Shown in pieces: positions 29,267 to 36,921 of a stretch of 44,923 bases of DNA. A program made the translations under genes and the position numbers. Under the pieces are notes generated by a model that searched no databases, was not told where the DNA came from, and saw only the letters and a list, made by a program, of their open reading frames with translations. Source of the stretch: a virus (lineage: Duplodnaviria > Caudoviricetes); IMG/VR virus record IMGVR_UViG_3300020043_003051, positions 1-44,923 of that record; one strand, 5' to 3'. Position 1 is the stretch's first letter; the number at the start of each line of letters is the position of its first letter.

Positions 29267-29721
29267 CTAAAGACGAAGCATTACGCCTTGCATTGGAGTT
29301 TATTCCATCAATAAGCCCTGCTTTCATTTGTGAAGCATCACATCACAAAAAACATGAACAACACGCAAGCAATGAATCTTGCCCTCATGTTGCAAAACAA
29401 AAGCAAGTTTATGAAGCCATTAAAGCCGCACTAGAAGCGAAGGGTGAGCCTGTGGCGTGGCGTGATGCCGCAATCAGACTTGGCGAGGAGTTGTCGTCTG
29501 TTGGGCCTGATAGCTATTACGATATGAATGCAAAAGAATGGCTTGATTGGGCTATGAAACAGAAACCAAGGGGTGAGCATTCATTACCACAGCGCACATG
29601 GGTAGGGCTGACGGATGAGGAAATACAAACGGAATGGTTGCTTACACCACAACACGATAAAGCAGAAGGCATCTGGTTTGGTCGCAGACTCGAAGCCAAA
29701 TTAAGGAGCAAAAATGACTGA
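29263..29721 (+). CDS. Mosaic hypothetical protein (EPVAW / LTDEE linkers)
   Basis: GGAGG RBS; shares linkers with 38184-39071. Confidence 0.75.
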   Translation: MTKDEALRLALEFIPSISPAFICEASHHKKHEQHASNESCPHVAKQKQVYEAIKAALEAKGEPVAWRDAAIRLGEELSSVGPDSYYDMNAKEWLDWAMKQKPRGEHSLPQRTWVGLTDEEIQTEWLLTPQHDKAEGIWFGRRLEAKLRSKND

Positions 29722-29965
29722 ATGGACTCCAGAAGAAGACGAAGCTTTTAACATGGTTGAACAAAACAGTAACCTTGGAAAGCAGATATTGAGAGCAAAC
29801 AAATCTAGTGGTATGGACTGTTGCACTTATGACTGTACACAAGGAAGGAATTGTCCAGTACGCAATAAGACGCTAGATGAGGTAGCCCATGAATTCAGCT
29901 TAATGAAGTCATTGGGTGATACGGCACAGAGTTTTGCTGCTTTCGTAAGGGGGATGAAAAAATGA
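29714..29965 (+). CDS. Hypothetical protein with CC..C..C motif
   Basis: AGGAG RBS; DCCTYDCTQGRNCPVR. Confidence 0.7.
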   Translation: MTEWTPEEDEAFNMVEQNSNLGKQILRANKSSGMDCCTYDCTQGRNCPVRNKTLDEVAHEFSLMKSLGDTAQSFAAFVRGMKK

Positions 29966-30354
29966 CAAAAACAGAAATACTAGATCATTTTGCGGTAAAC
30001 GCAATGCAAGCATTAATTGAAAAAATGGGAGTTACAAACCCTTTTGCCATGGCTCAAACTTCTTATCGTATGGCTGTAGAAATGCTTGAGCATCGTGAGC
30101 GTATTTTGAGAGAGTGGCAAAAAGAACAAGAGATGCAACACAAACAGCAAAACTCGGACATTAAAGACCTTGATTTGCCGATTAGGTATCACCGATGTTT
30201 AGTGTCAGAGAATATCTTAATGAAACAAGATCTTTGCAACTGGACAGAACGAGAAGTAAGACGAATTCCAAATCTAGGCGTAAAAGGATTGCAATTTGTT
30301 AAAGAAGCAATGGTTTTGCATGGATTGAAATTTAAAGGACAACAAGATGCTTGA
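29962..30354 (+). CDS. Protein with RNA polymerase alpha-CTD-like domain
   Basis: IKDLDLPIRYHRCL...DL...TE.EV..IPNLGVKGL..VKE.M...GL matches the alpha-CTD consensus. Confidence 0.8.
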   Translation: MTKTEILDHFAVNAMQALIEKMGVTNPFAMAQTSYRMAVEMLEHRERILREWQKEQEMQHKQQNSDIKDLDLPIRYHRCLVSENILMKQDLCNWTEREVRRIPNLGVKGLQFVKEAMVLHGLKFKGQQDA

Positions 30355-30514
30355 ACAAAAAAGAGACGCACCCAATAACCCGCCGTACTGGGTATGCACT
30401 AACTGTAAATGGGCTTTTGAGGCATTACAAGCCGCAAATAGACATAGATGTAACAACCAAGATAAGGAAGACAATGGGCAAAGGTTCTACTCCAAGAAAA
30501 TTCTCAGTAACTAA
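30347..30514 (+). CDS. 55-aa Zn-finger-like protein, not in ORF track
   Basis: AGGA RBS; WVCTNCKWAF...HRC. Confidence 0.55.
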   Translation: MLEQKRDAPNNPPYWVCTNCKWAFEALQAANRHRCNNQDKEDNGQRFYSKKILSN

Positions 30515-30671
30515 CGAAGAATACGCAAACCGATGGAACGCCATTTTCGGAAAAGATAATGAGAAAGAAAACAAAGAGAAAGCATTGGAATCTGATAGAC
30601 CCGACTGTTCACGCAATAATCGGGGCATCGATAACCCAGAGGGACAAACTGGACAAACTCAGACTACTTGA
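30474..30671 (+). CDS. Hypothetical protein overlapping next gene
   Basis: MGKGSTPRKFSV.NEEY.NRW.AIFG conserved at 37794-37991. Confidence 0.65.
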   Translation: MGKGSTPRKFSVTNEEYANRWNAIFGKDNEKENKEKALESDRPDCSRNNRGIDNPEGQTGQTQTT

Positions 30672-31017
30672 GTATTCAGCACTAGAAGCAATAACCAAGG
30701 GGCAAGGAACCATCGCTGATTGGCGAACCTTGGTAGATGTTCTAAACCTGTCAGAAATGATGGGCAAAGGTGGTATCGGTCCAGAGGTGCTTCCAATCTG
30801 CCAGAAAGCTCAGGATGCCCTGCATAAAGCTGCAATGCACTACCAAAAGACACTTCACATGGTTCTTGATTATCAGGGTATTCAGGCTTTGCGGGAGTTG
30901 ATTGAGTATGCAGACCTCCAACAATCAAGTATCCCCAGGTCTGAATTCGAGAAATACATTATGAAAACAAAGAATTACATCAAATCACATGGCGACAAGG
31001 TTGTTGAAATCGTATGA
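30559..31017 (+). CDS. Conserved hypothetical protein (152 aa)
   Basis: Homolog at 37448-37906. Confidence 0.85.
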   Translation: MRKKTKRKHWNLIDPTVHAIIGASITQRDKLDKLRLLEYSALEAITKGQGTIADWRTLVDVLNLSEMMGKGGIGPEVLPICQKAQDALHKAAMHYQKTLHMVLDYQGIQALRELIEYADLQQSSIPRSEFEKYIMKTKNYIKSHGDKVVEIV

Positions 31018-31229
31018 ACAGAGAAAACATTATTCGCATGGCAAAAGAGGCGGGGTTTTTGCCGCAAGCAAATCCTGTAATGCCGCAGTTGCTTGAAAGC
31101 TTTGCCGCCCTTGTCGCTTCTGCCGAGCGTGAGGCGTGTGCGTATCGGGCTGGTATTGCACTGCTTGGTGCTGATCGTGGCCTTGCAAATCGTGTTGACC
31201 AAGCCATCCGAGCAAGGGGACAAGCATGA
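31014..31229 (+). CDS. Hypothetical protein
   Basis: IIRMAKEAG ... FAALVA.AEREACA ... AIRARG, a common phage motif set. Confidence 0.7.
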   Translation: MNRENIIRMAKEAGFLPQANPVMPQLLESFAALVASAEREACAYRAGIALLGADRGLANRVDQAIRARGQA

Positions 31230-31738
31230 AAAAAGAACTTTTAATTGGTTGTGGCTCAGATCACAGAAAAAGATTGACCGCAGACAAAACCAGAGAGTGG
31301 GACAACTTAACCACTCTGGACTACAACTCTGACCACAATCCAAATGTGGTGTGGGACTTGATGGAGCTTCCGCTCCCATTCAAAGACCAAGAGTTTGACG
31401 AGATCCATGCTTACGAGGTTTTAGAGCATCTTGGTCAACAGGGTGACTACAAACTATTCTTTGCTCAGTTCTCAGAGTTTTGGAGACTCCTTAAGCCAAA
31501 TGGACACTTCTTTGCGACTTGCCCATCAAGAACTTCAGTATGGGCTTATGGTGATCCAAGCCACACAAGGATCATGCAATTAGAGCAATTAGTCTTCCTG
31601 TCGCAAGCAGAGTATGAAAGACAAGTAGGCAAGACCCCAATGTCGGACTTCAGGAATATCTACAAAGCAGACTTTGAAACTGTCTTCCAAGAAGACGATG
31701 GCGAAACAATCAGATTTGTATTAAAAGCAATACATTGA
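31226..31738 (+). CDS. Class I SAM-dependent methyltransferase (non-DNA type)
   Basis: LLIGCG, LPFKDQEFDEIHAYEVLEHL, RLLKPNG, DPSH. Confidence 0.8.
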   Translation: MKKELLIGCGSDHRKRLTADKTREWDNLTTLDYNSDHNPNVVWDLMELPLPFKDQEFDEIHAYEVLEHLGQQGDYKLFFAQFSEFWRLLKPNGHFFATCPSRTSVWAYGDPSHTRIMQLEQLVFLSQAEYERQVGKTPMSDFRNIYKADFETVFQEDDGETIRFVLKAIH

Positions 31739-31760
31739 TTCTGTAGCTATAATTCAAGCC

Positions 31761-32081
31761 ATGAAACAACGTGGCGGCTCCAGAAAAGGCGCTGGTCGAA
31801 AGAAGATCAGCGAAGAGGGTAGGACTATCCGAGCAAGGGTAGCGCCTATCCACGAACAGGCATTGACCTTGGCGGGGAATGGTTCTTTGTCTGAAGGAAT
31901 TAGGCGTTTAGCAGAAAAACATTGGAGATTGATTCATGGAGAGCCAGATAAACCCCGACAAAGCAATTCAGTATTTGATCGATACCGCACCCTTGTACGC
32001 AAAAGCGAAAGCGGATCGCCTCTATCTGGAGGAGTTCCGCAAGTCAAAGAAGGCTCAACTGATGAGCCAGGCAGGAACTGA
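31761..32081 (+). CDS. Putative DNA-binding protein (RGGSRKGAGRK arm, RHH-like)
   Basis: N-terminal ~60 aa almost identical in segment B; TATAAT 7 nt before ATG. Confidence 0.7.
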   Translation: MKQRGGSRKGAGRKKISEEGRTIRARVAPIHEQALTLAGNGSLSEGIRRLAEKHWRLIHGEPDKPRQSNSVFDRYRTLVRKSESGSPLSGGVPQVKEGSTDEPGRN

Positions 32082-32268
32082 AGTTCTTGGTAAACAGGAA
32101 ACCTATGCCTATGCCCATGAAGAGTACTTAGAAGTTCTTGAGGGCATCAGGCAAGCCGTAGAGAAAGAAGAGAAGTATCGTTGGTTGATGACCGCTGCCC
32201 AAGCAAGGGTGGAAGTATGGCGTACTAACCAGTACTCAGCCAGAATGGAAATCAGGGCAACCCAATGA
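31936..32268 (+). CDS. Conserved helical hypothetical protein (110 aa)
   Basis: 97/110 residues identical to 36918-37250 by manual count. Confidence 0.85.
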   Translation: MESQINPDKAIQYLIDTAPLYAKAKADRLYLEEFRKSKKAQLMSQAGTEVLGKQETYAYAHEEYLEVLEGIRQAVEKEEKYRWLMTAAQARVEVWRTNQYSARMEIRATQ

Positions 32269-32549
32269 ACAACAAGCTGAATGCCAAGGAAAGATTGCAC
32301 CTTGCTAGGGTTAAATCATTGCCTTGCTCAGTCTGTGATAAATCAGGACCATCTGAAGCCCATCATTACAAGCAAGGTCTTCAATATACCTGCATAGCAT
32401 TATGTCCAGACTGCCATACTAATTCCATATTAGGTTGGCATGGTCAAAAGAGAATATGGCATATTAAGAAAATGGACGAGATTGACGCTCTAAATATTAC
32501 TATTAAAAGATTATTTGAATATCAATCTGAAAATGAAAATGCTTTCTAA
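32265..32549 (+). CDS. HNH-like Zn nuclease (Ref/DUF968-like)
   Basis: LPCSVC ... EAHH ... IALCPDCH ... GWHG. Confidence 0.7.
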   Translation: MNNKLNAKERLHLARVKSLPCSVCDKSGPSEAHHYKQGLQYTCIALCPDCHTNSILGWHGQKRIWHIKKMDEIDALNITIKRLFEYQSENENAF

Positions 32550-32662
32550 TTTCAAAAGTTTCAAAAACTTTGAACTTCTAAAAATTGGTTAACTTGAGTT
32601 TGTAAAAAGTAAATGCGACTTTTTTGTAAAACACCATTTATTAGGGTAAACCCTTAGTTTTT

Positions 32663-32879
32663 TGTAAGTTAGCACTCACTTCGCAAAATTATGTAAGTTA
32701 GCACTCACTTCGCTAAACCTAAAAAACAGCGCATGAGACACAATCCAATGATGCACCTAGAAGGCCATTAAAACCCGTTTTAAGCGCTTTTTTTGCCCAG
32801 TATAGGTCTACTATGCTTGAACCCACAAAAACCGATTGTAGGCGGTTTAAATTGATCCTAATAAAGTAAGCACTCACTT
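32663..32879. repeat. Exact 22-bp direct repeats plus a third partial copy; dyad AAGTTAGCACTCACTT
   Basis: TGTAAGTTAGCACTCACTTCGC at 32663 and 32692; AAGTAAGCACTCACTT at 32864. Confidence 0.85.
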
Positions 32880-32892
32880 CAAAAATACTCTC

Positions 32893-32917
32893 AAAAAAAC
32901 CCGCATATTGCAGCGGG
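32893..32917 (-). terminator. Intrinsic terminator
   Basis: CCCGC-loop-GCGGG-T7 on minus strand after the 32934 gene. Confidence 0.75.
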
Positions 32918-32933
32918 AATTTTTAGGAATACT

Positions 32934-33119
32934 TTAAATGCTATTTGCTAGAACCCAGCATGTTTTTTCGTAAGCTTCAAAAACACAAAATTTATCGTTT
33001 GTTTTCTCGAAGGGCTTAATTAAAACCCCTGGTTCACCCGAAGGATACGTGAATTTTTCCAGAATTTCCCCTAGTTTTGCGGGTTCACTGTCATAAGCCA
33101 CAATATTGCCAATTTCCAT
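32934..33119 (-). CDS. Hypothetical protein (61 aa)
   Basis: Near-identical homolog at 36068-36253. Confidence 0.8.
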   Translation of the reverse strand: MEIGNIVAYDSEPAKLGEILEKFTYPSGEPGVLIKPFEKTNDKFCVFEAYEKTCWVLANSI

Positions 33120-33120
33120 G

Positions 33121-33215
33121 TCATTCCCCAATACTATTAAATTCTCTAATCCATTCTAAACACGCTTTTTTTGTGTCCAACATGGCGGTTTGCCCATTCC
33201 CTAAATATTGGACCC
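33121..33215 (-). pseudogene. 3' fragment of a homolog of 35868-36071, cut at the A/B junction
   Basis: VQYLGNGQTAMLDTKKACLEW vs IQYLGNGQSAIFDTKTQCIEW; no in-frame ATG upstream. Confidence 0.75.
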
Positions 33216-33364
33216 TCCTGGTTGTCTGTACAGCATAGGGTAAACCCTTAGATCTGCATTTAGTTATGATTTATAACTATCTGTCTCATGGGCGCAAATG
33301 GTGTTTGTAGATCAAGGTCTAAAAGGTTCCTAATGGTTTGCTTTGCTTCTAGGTCTATCAATGC

Positions 33365-33455
33365 TTACCTTATCCGTTCCCATTACGTTCCCTATGTATT
33401 TCCCTTATCTATCCCTTATGACAATGAAAGCCCTTGCATTGGGTTATCCCTTCTT
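33365..33455 (+). repeat. Phased CCCT(T)AT-like short repeats
   Basis: Units at ~33368, 33379, 33390, 33402, 33413 (~11-bp period), degenerate at 33431 and 33448. Confidence 0.55.
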
Positions 33456-33493
33456 TTCTTTTTTCCATTGTGGCTACAAAATCAAACACAATC

Positions 33494-33537
33494 TAAGGGT
33501 TTGTCCCTATGTTTTTTTTACTTTTCTTTGCTACTAT
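33494..33537 (+). promoter_or_regulatory. Early promoter: dyad box plus extended -10
   Basis: TAAGGGTTTGTCCCTA, then TGcTACTAT at 33529-33537. Confidence 0.65.
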
Positions 33538-33581
33538 AAATGCACATTCAATCGGAATGTATCAACTTAATAGGTGTCAAC

Positions 33582-33806
33582 ATGAAAACAATTTCCCGTT
33601 TGTTCCGTATCTATAGCGAAGCTTCTATTGCCGTATTTATGGCTGTAGGCTGTTTAATTGAGCTTCTATGCGCTGTAGGTCTATATCTTTACAATGCTCC
33701 CGTTTTGGCCCTTTGCGCTTTAGTGGCTGCTTGTTTCTTTTCCCTTGCGTCTAGTGCTTTTGCCTCTAGTGTCTACAAAGACGCAAAGCGCTCAAACCTA
33801 ATCTAA
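33582..33806 (+). CDS. Two-TM membrane protein (74 aa)
   Basis: AGGTG RBS before MKTISR; two hydrophobic segments. Confidence 0.65.
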   Translation: MKTISRLFRIYSEASIAVFMAVGCLIELLCAVGLYLYNAPVLALCALVAACFFSLASSAFASSVYKDAKRSNLI

Positions 33807-33816
33807 GGGGAACGGA

Positions 33817-34008
33817 ATGAAAATTCAAATTGATATCCGCTCACAATACGGCAATACAGTGGCTTACCCCGCTTGCGAAGCTTCTAGGCTTTTCTCCCGT
33901 ATATCAGGAACCAAAACGTTATCCGCTCAAACCCTTAAATATATTCAAGCTTTGGGTTATGACATTGTTTGTATCAACACCCAAAACACAATGGAGCTTG
34001 TCAAATGA
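33817..34008 (+). CDS. Hypothetical protein
   Basis: YGN...YPAC....F..I.GTKTL...ALGY motif. Confidence 0.75.
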   Translation: MKIQIDIRSQYGNTVAYPACEASRLFSRISGTKTLSAQTLKYIQALGYDIVCINTQNTMELVK

Positions 34009-34100
34009 AAACTGTAATTTTTGAAGCCATTGTTGGCATTGTGCTTTTTTGTGCTGCGCTTTGCTTAATGCTTGCGTATTTTGACGTTTTGGTTAAATAA
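34005..34100 (+). CDS. 31-aa TM peptide, not in ORF track
   Basis: GGAG RBS, ATGA overlap; MKTVIFEAIVGIVLFCAALCLMLAYFDVLVK. Confidence 0.6.
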   Translation: MKTVIFEAIVGIVLFCAALCLMLAYFDVLVK

Positions 34101-34110
34101 GGGGATCAAC

Positions 34111-34704
34111 ATGGGCTATACATCATTTTTAGACAATCCTGGCTTAAAGGCTTCGGATATCCTTACCCGTGAATTGACGGGTTCAAACGATAGCGGGGCA
34201 ACATGGGAATTTATCGATAAAGCCACTAAAGGGAATGTCTTCTATGCGGTTTGTAAATTCACTACACCCAACAATGACCCCGTTTTTTATGGTGTTGTTG
34301 TTCAATTCTCCCGTTCTAAAGGTGAGTTCGGTTATAAGGAATTGACCGAAAATTGTGGGCCTTATTCCGCTAATGCTCCCGTTCGCATGATAGATCTGCT
34401 GGACAAGCTATCCCCAATTGATCCGCTAGACGCTAGACAATCGGCACAATGGGCGCTCAAATGGCGTCAAAAATGCAGAGAGAATGCAAAGCGCAAACCA
34501 AAAACGACAGTAAAACAAGGGGATATCGTGAAATTTTCCCCTCATGGGCGGGAATTCGAGCTAATTTCACCCGCTGGACCTAGACGGGGCTGGCACGTTA
34601 AGGTTTTGGGCGCTAATGGATCAACTTATCGTGCCAGCGCTTACCAGGTTAACCGCTGCATTGTTTTGGATCCATTGACGTTTAGCGGGGTTTCTCATGC
34701 TTAA
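34111..34704 (+). CDS. DUF6927-like protein
   Basis: FGYKELTENCGP....P...IDLL ... A.KWRQKC. Confidence 0.7.
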   Translation: MGYTSFLDNPGLKASDILTRELTGSNDSGATWEFIDKATKGNVFYAVCKFTTPNNDPVFYGVVVQFSRSKGEFGYKELTENCGPYSANAPVRMIDLLDKLSPIDPLDARQSAQWALKWRQKCRENAKRKPKTTVKQGDIVKFSPHGREFELISPAGPRRGWHVKVLGANGSTYRASAYQVNRCIVLDPLTFSGVSHA

Positions 34705-34921
34705 AAAAATGCGCTCCCGTTTTCGTTCTAGGTGTTCACAATCTCAAGCGGTTATCAATGTAGGTGACTGGATCCTTTACGATACCCTCACAAAAAAAGC
34801 CATTCTAGAACCCGATAGCGACACAATCACTTTTTTCGGTGAACAAGGCCCGTCAACCTTTTATAGGAACAAACGGGGAAAATGCATAGACGCCCCATGT
34901 TGCGGGTGTTGCACAATCTGA
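34697..34921 (+). CDS. Cys-rich hypothetical protein
   Basis: C-terminal GKCIDAPCCGCCTI. Confidence 0.7.
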   Translation: MLKKMRSRFRSRCSQSQAVINVGDWILYDTLTKKAILEPDSDTITFFGEQGPSTFYRNKRGKCIDAPCCGCCTI

Positions 34922-34948
34922 TTTTTTCTTTTTTTAATAGGTGTAAAT

Positions 34949-35614
34949 ATGAAAATTATTCCAATTATCCCAATGACAAAAAGCCAGGCCGCTATCGTTT
35001 GCGGTTCTCTTACGTCAACGTCAAAAATGCCGTGTAAGAGTTACAGTTTGCCGACAGAGGCTTGTCAAACTGGGTTCAAAATGGCAAAAATGCCAGGTTC
35101 CATTTGTTCCTCATGTTATGCCGACAAGGGCTTTTATAAGGTTTACGAAAATAATATAAAACCCGCACAATTTTCCCGTTTAGATAGTATCAACGGGGAA
35201 TTTTGGGTTTCTGGCATGGTGTCCCATATTGGGAATGATGCATTTTTTCGCTGGCACGATAGCGGGGACCTTCAAGGGCTGGAACACCTAGAAAAAATTG
35301 TGGCGGTTTGCGAAGCTACACCCAGCACAATGCATTGGTTACCGACAAGGGAATACGGCTTTATTAAGGCCTATATTGCAAAACATGGAAAAAATAGCAT
35401 TCCCAAAAATTTGATTGTGAGATTGTCGGCTATGTATCCCGACAAACCCGTCATTATTCCTTCAAGCCTACAAAACGTGCCAGGCATAACCGCTTCAAAC
35501 GTGCATACAAAAACCCCAATGGGGACACAATGCAAAGCGCCCGAACAAAACGGGGCTTGTCTAGATTGTCGGGAATGCTGGACCGATAGCGTTATTTCTT
35601 ACAAATTACATTAA
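34949..35614 (+). CDS. GP88-family protein
   Basis: SKMP..SYSLP..AC..G ... CSSCYA, FRWHDSGD, HWLPTRE, VRLS, C...C..CR.CW. Confidence 0.8.
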   Translation: MKIIPIIPMTKSQAAIVCGSLTSTSKMPCKSYSLPTEACQTGFKMAKMPGSICSSCYADKGFYKVYENNIKPAQFSRLDSINGEFWVSGMVSHIGNDAFFRWHDSGDLQGLEHLEKIVAVCEATPSTMHWLPTREYGFIKAYIAKHGKNSIPKNLIVRLSAMYPDKPVIIPSSLQNVPGITASNVHTKTPMGTQCKAPEQNGACLDCRECWTDSVISYKLH

Positions 35615-35625
35615 TGGAGCAAAAA

Positions 35626-35871
35626 ATGGCTGCAAGAAAACCAAAAACACCCGTAAAACACCCAAAACTTGTCAATGAATGGAAGGTTTACGAAGGAATA
35701 AATGAGATAAATACAGTTTTTGGGGCAATTATTGCCTTTAAAGCTTATTTAAATAGTCCAGAATTTTGCAAATATCATGCTGAATTAGCTATTGATTGTC
35801 TTAGAAATACATTGTGTGAAGGTACAGTAAAAATTGAGGAATGGCTTGAAATTGAGGACCCAGCAGAATGA
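35626..35871 (+). CDS. Hypothetical protein
   Basis: GGAG RBS before MAARK. Confidence 0.7.
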   Translation: MAARKPKTPVKHPKLVNEWKVYEGINEINTVFGAIIAFKAYLNSPEFCKYHAELAIDCLRNTLCEGTVKIEEWLEIEDPAE

Positions 35872-36071
35872 AAAAACAAAAAATTCATGTTATGCCAGGG
35901 TTTGAATTTGCATACATTAGAAGCCCCAAAGATATCAATGGAACAATGGAACCCTTCAAACCGCATTGGTGGATCCAGTATCTAGGGAACGGGCAAAGCG
36001 CCATTTTTGACACTAAAACCCAATGCATTGAATGGGCCAATGAATGGGACACTATCGGGAGCGAAAATTGA
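35868..36071 (+). CDS. Hypothetical protein
   Basis: ATGA-coupled; partial homolog in segment A. Confidence 0.75.
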   Translation: MKKQKIHVMPGFEFAYIRSPKDINGTMEPFKPHWWIQYLGNGQSAIFDTKTQCIEWANEWDTIGSEN

Positions 36072-36253
36072 AAATAGGAAATATTGTGGCTTACGATTGT
36101 GATCCCGCAAAACTAGGTGAAATACTAGAAAAATTCACTTATCCTTCGGGTGAACCTGGCGTTCTAATTAAACCCTTCGAAAAAACAAACGATAAATTTT
36201 GTGTTTTTGAAGCTTACGAAAAAAGCTGCTGGGTTTTAACCGATAGTATCTAA
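36068..36253 (+). CDS. Hypothetical protein (TTG start)
   Basis: Homolog of 32934-33119; GGGAG RBS. Confidence 0.75.
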   Translation: MKIGNIVAYDCDPAKLGEILEKFTYPSGEPGVLIKPFEKTNDKFCVFEAYEKSCWVLTDSI

Positions 36254-36267
36254 GTATTTTCAAAAAC

Positions 36268-36291
36268 ACCCGCCCTAAAAAGCGGGTTTTT
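36268..36291 (+). terminator. Intrinsic terminator
   Basis: ACCCGC-loop-GCGGGT-TTTT; same stem as 32893-32917 with a different loop. Confidence 0.75.
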
Positions 36292-36306
36292 CTGACAGTA
36301 TTTGCG

Positions 36307-36519
36307 AAGTGAGCGCTTACATCATGCAGAATTGTTTAAAGCGCCTAGAATCGGTTTTTAGCGCTTGAAGTATAGAAGCTATACCAAAGCTAAAAAAACG
36401 TCTTAAAACGGGTTTTAGTGGCGTTCTAGGTGCATCATTAGATTGTGTCTCATGCGCTGATTTGACCAGAAGTGAAGTGAGTGCTAACTAACCTATTTTT
36501 TGTAAGTGAGTACTAACTA
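36307..36519. repeat. Three dyad boxes AAGTGAGYRCTWAC
   Basis: At 36307, 36475 and 36504; equivalent to the segment A boxes. Confidence 0.8.
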
Positions 36520-36636
36520 ACAAAAAACTAAGGGTAAACCCTAATATGAGGGTGTTTTTCAAGAAACTCGCATTTACTATTTACAAACTCGATTTAACCA
36601 ATTTTTGAAACTTCAAAGTTTTTGAAACTTTTGAAA

Positions 36637-36921
36637 TTAAAAAGGATTATTATTTTCGGATTTATATTCCAATAATCGTTTAATAGTAATATTTAGAGCG
36701 TCAATCTCGTCCATTTTCTTAATATTCCACATTCTTTTTTGACCATGCCATCCTAATATGGAGTTGGTATGGCAATCAGGACATAGGGCTATGCAAGTGT
36801 ACTGAAGACCTTGCTTTACATGGTGGGCTTCTGATGGTCCTGAAGCATCACATACTGAACATGGAAGAGATTTAACTTGGGCAAGATGCAATCTTTCCTT
36901 GTTGTTCAGTTTATTGTTCAT
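36637..36921 (-). CDS. HNH-like Zn nuclease (Ref/DUF968-like)
   Basis: Homolog of 32265-32549. Confidence 0.7.
   Translation of the reverse strand: MNNKLNNKERLHLAQVKSLPCSVCDASGPSEAHHVKQGLQYTCIALCPDCHTNSILGWHGQKRMWNIKKMDEIDALNITIKRLLEYKSENNNPF

Larger units (their letters stand above)
1..33215 (+). mobile_element. Segment A: podovirus-like phage genome (partial)
   Basis: Gene order TerL-portal-scaffold-MCP-adaptor-tailspikes-nozzle-ejection proteins-lysis-recombination-replication; no tape measure or sheath recognised. Confidence 0.9.

Noticed and set aside
32663-32713. 22-bp direct repeats as a mini-CRISPR array
   Set aside because: Only two exact copies with a 7-bp gap; no spacer-length unique sequence; no cas genes
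33288-33570. ORFs of 83 and 75 aa near the junction
   Set aside because: They run through short repeats and operator boxes, with no RBS and low-complexity translations
36307-36322. GTGAGCGCT core resembling the symmetric lac operator
   Set aside because: Flanks differ (AAGT rather than AATTGT) and other copies vary in the core; no basis for LacI specificity
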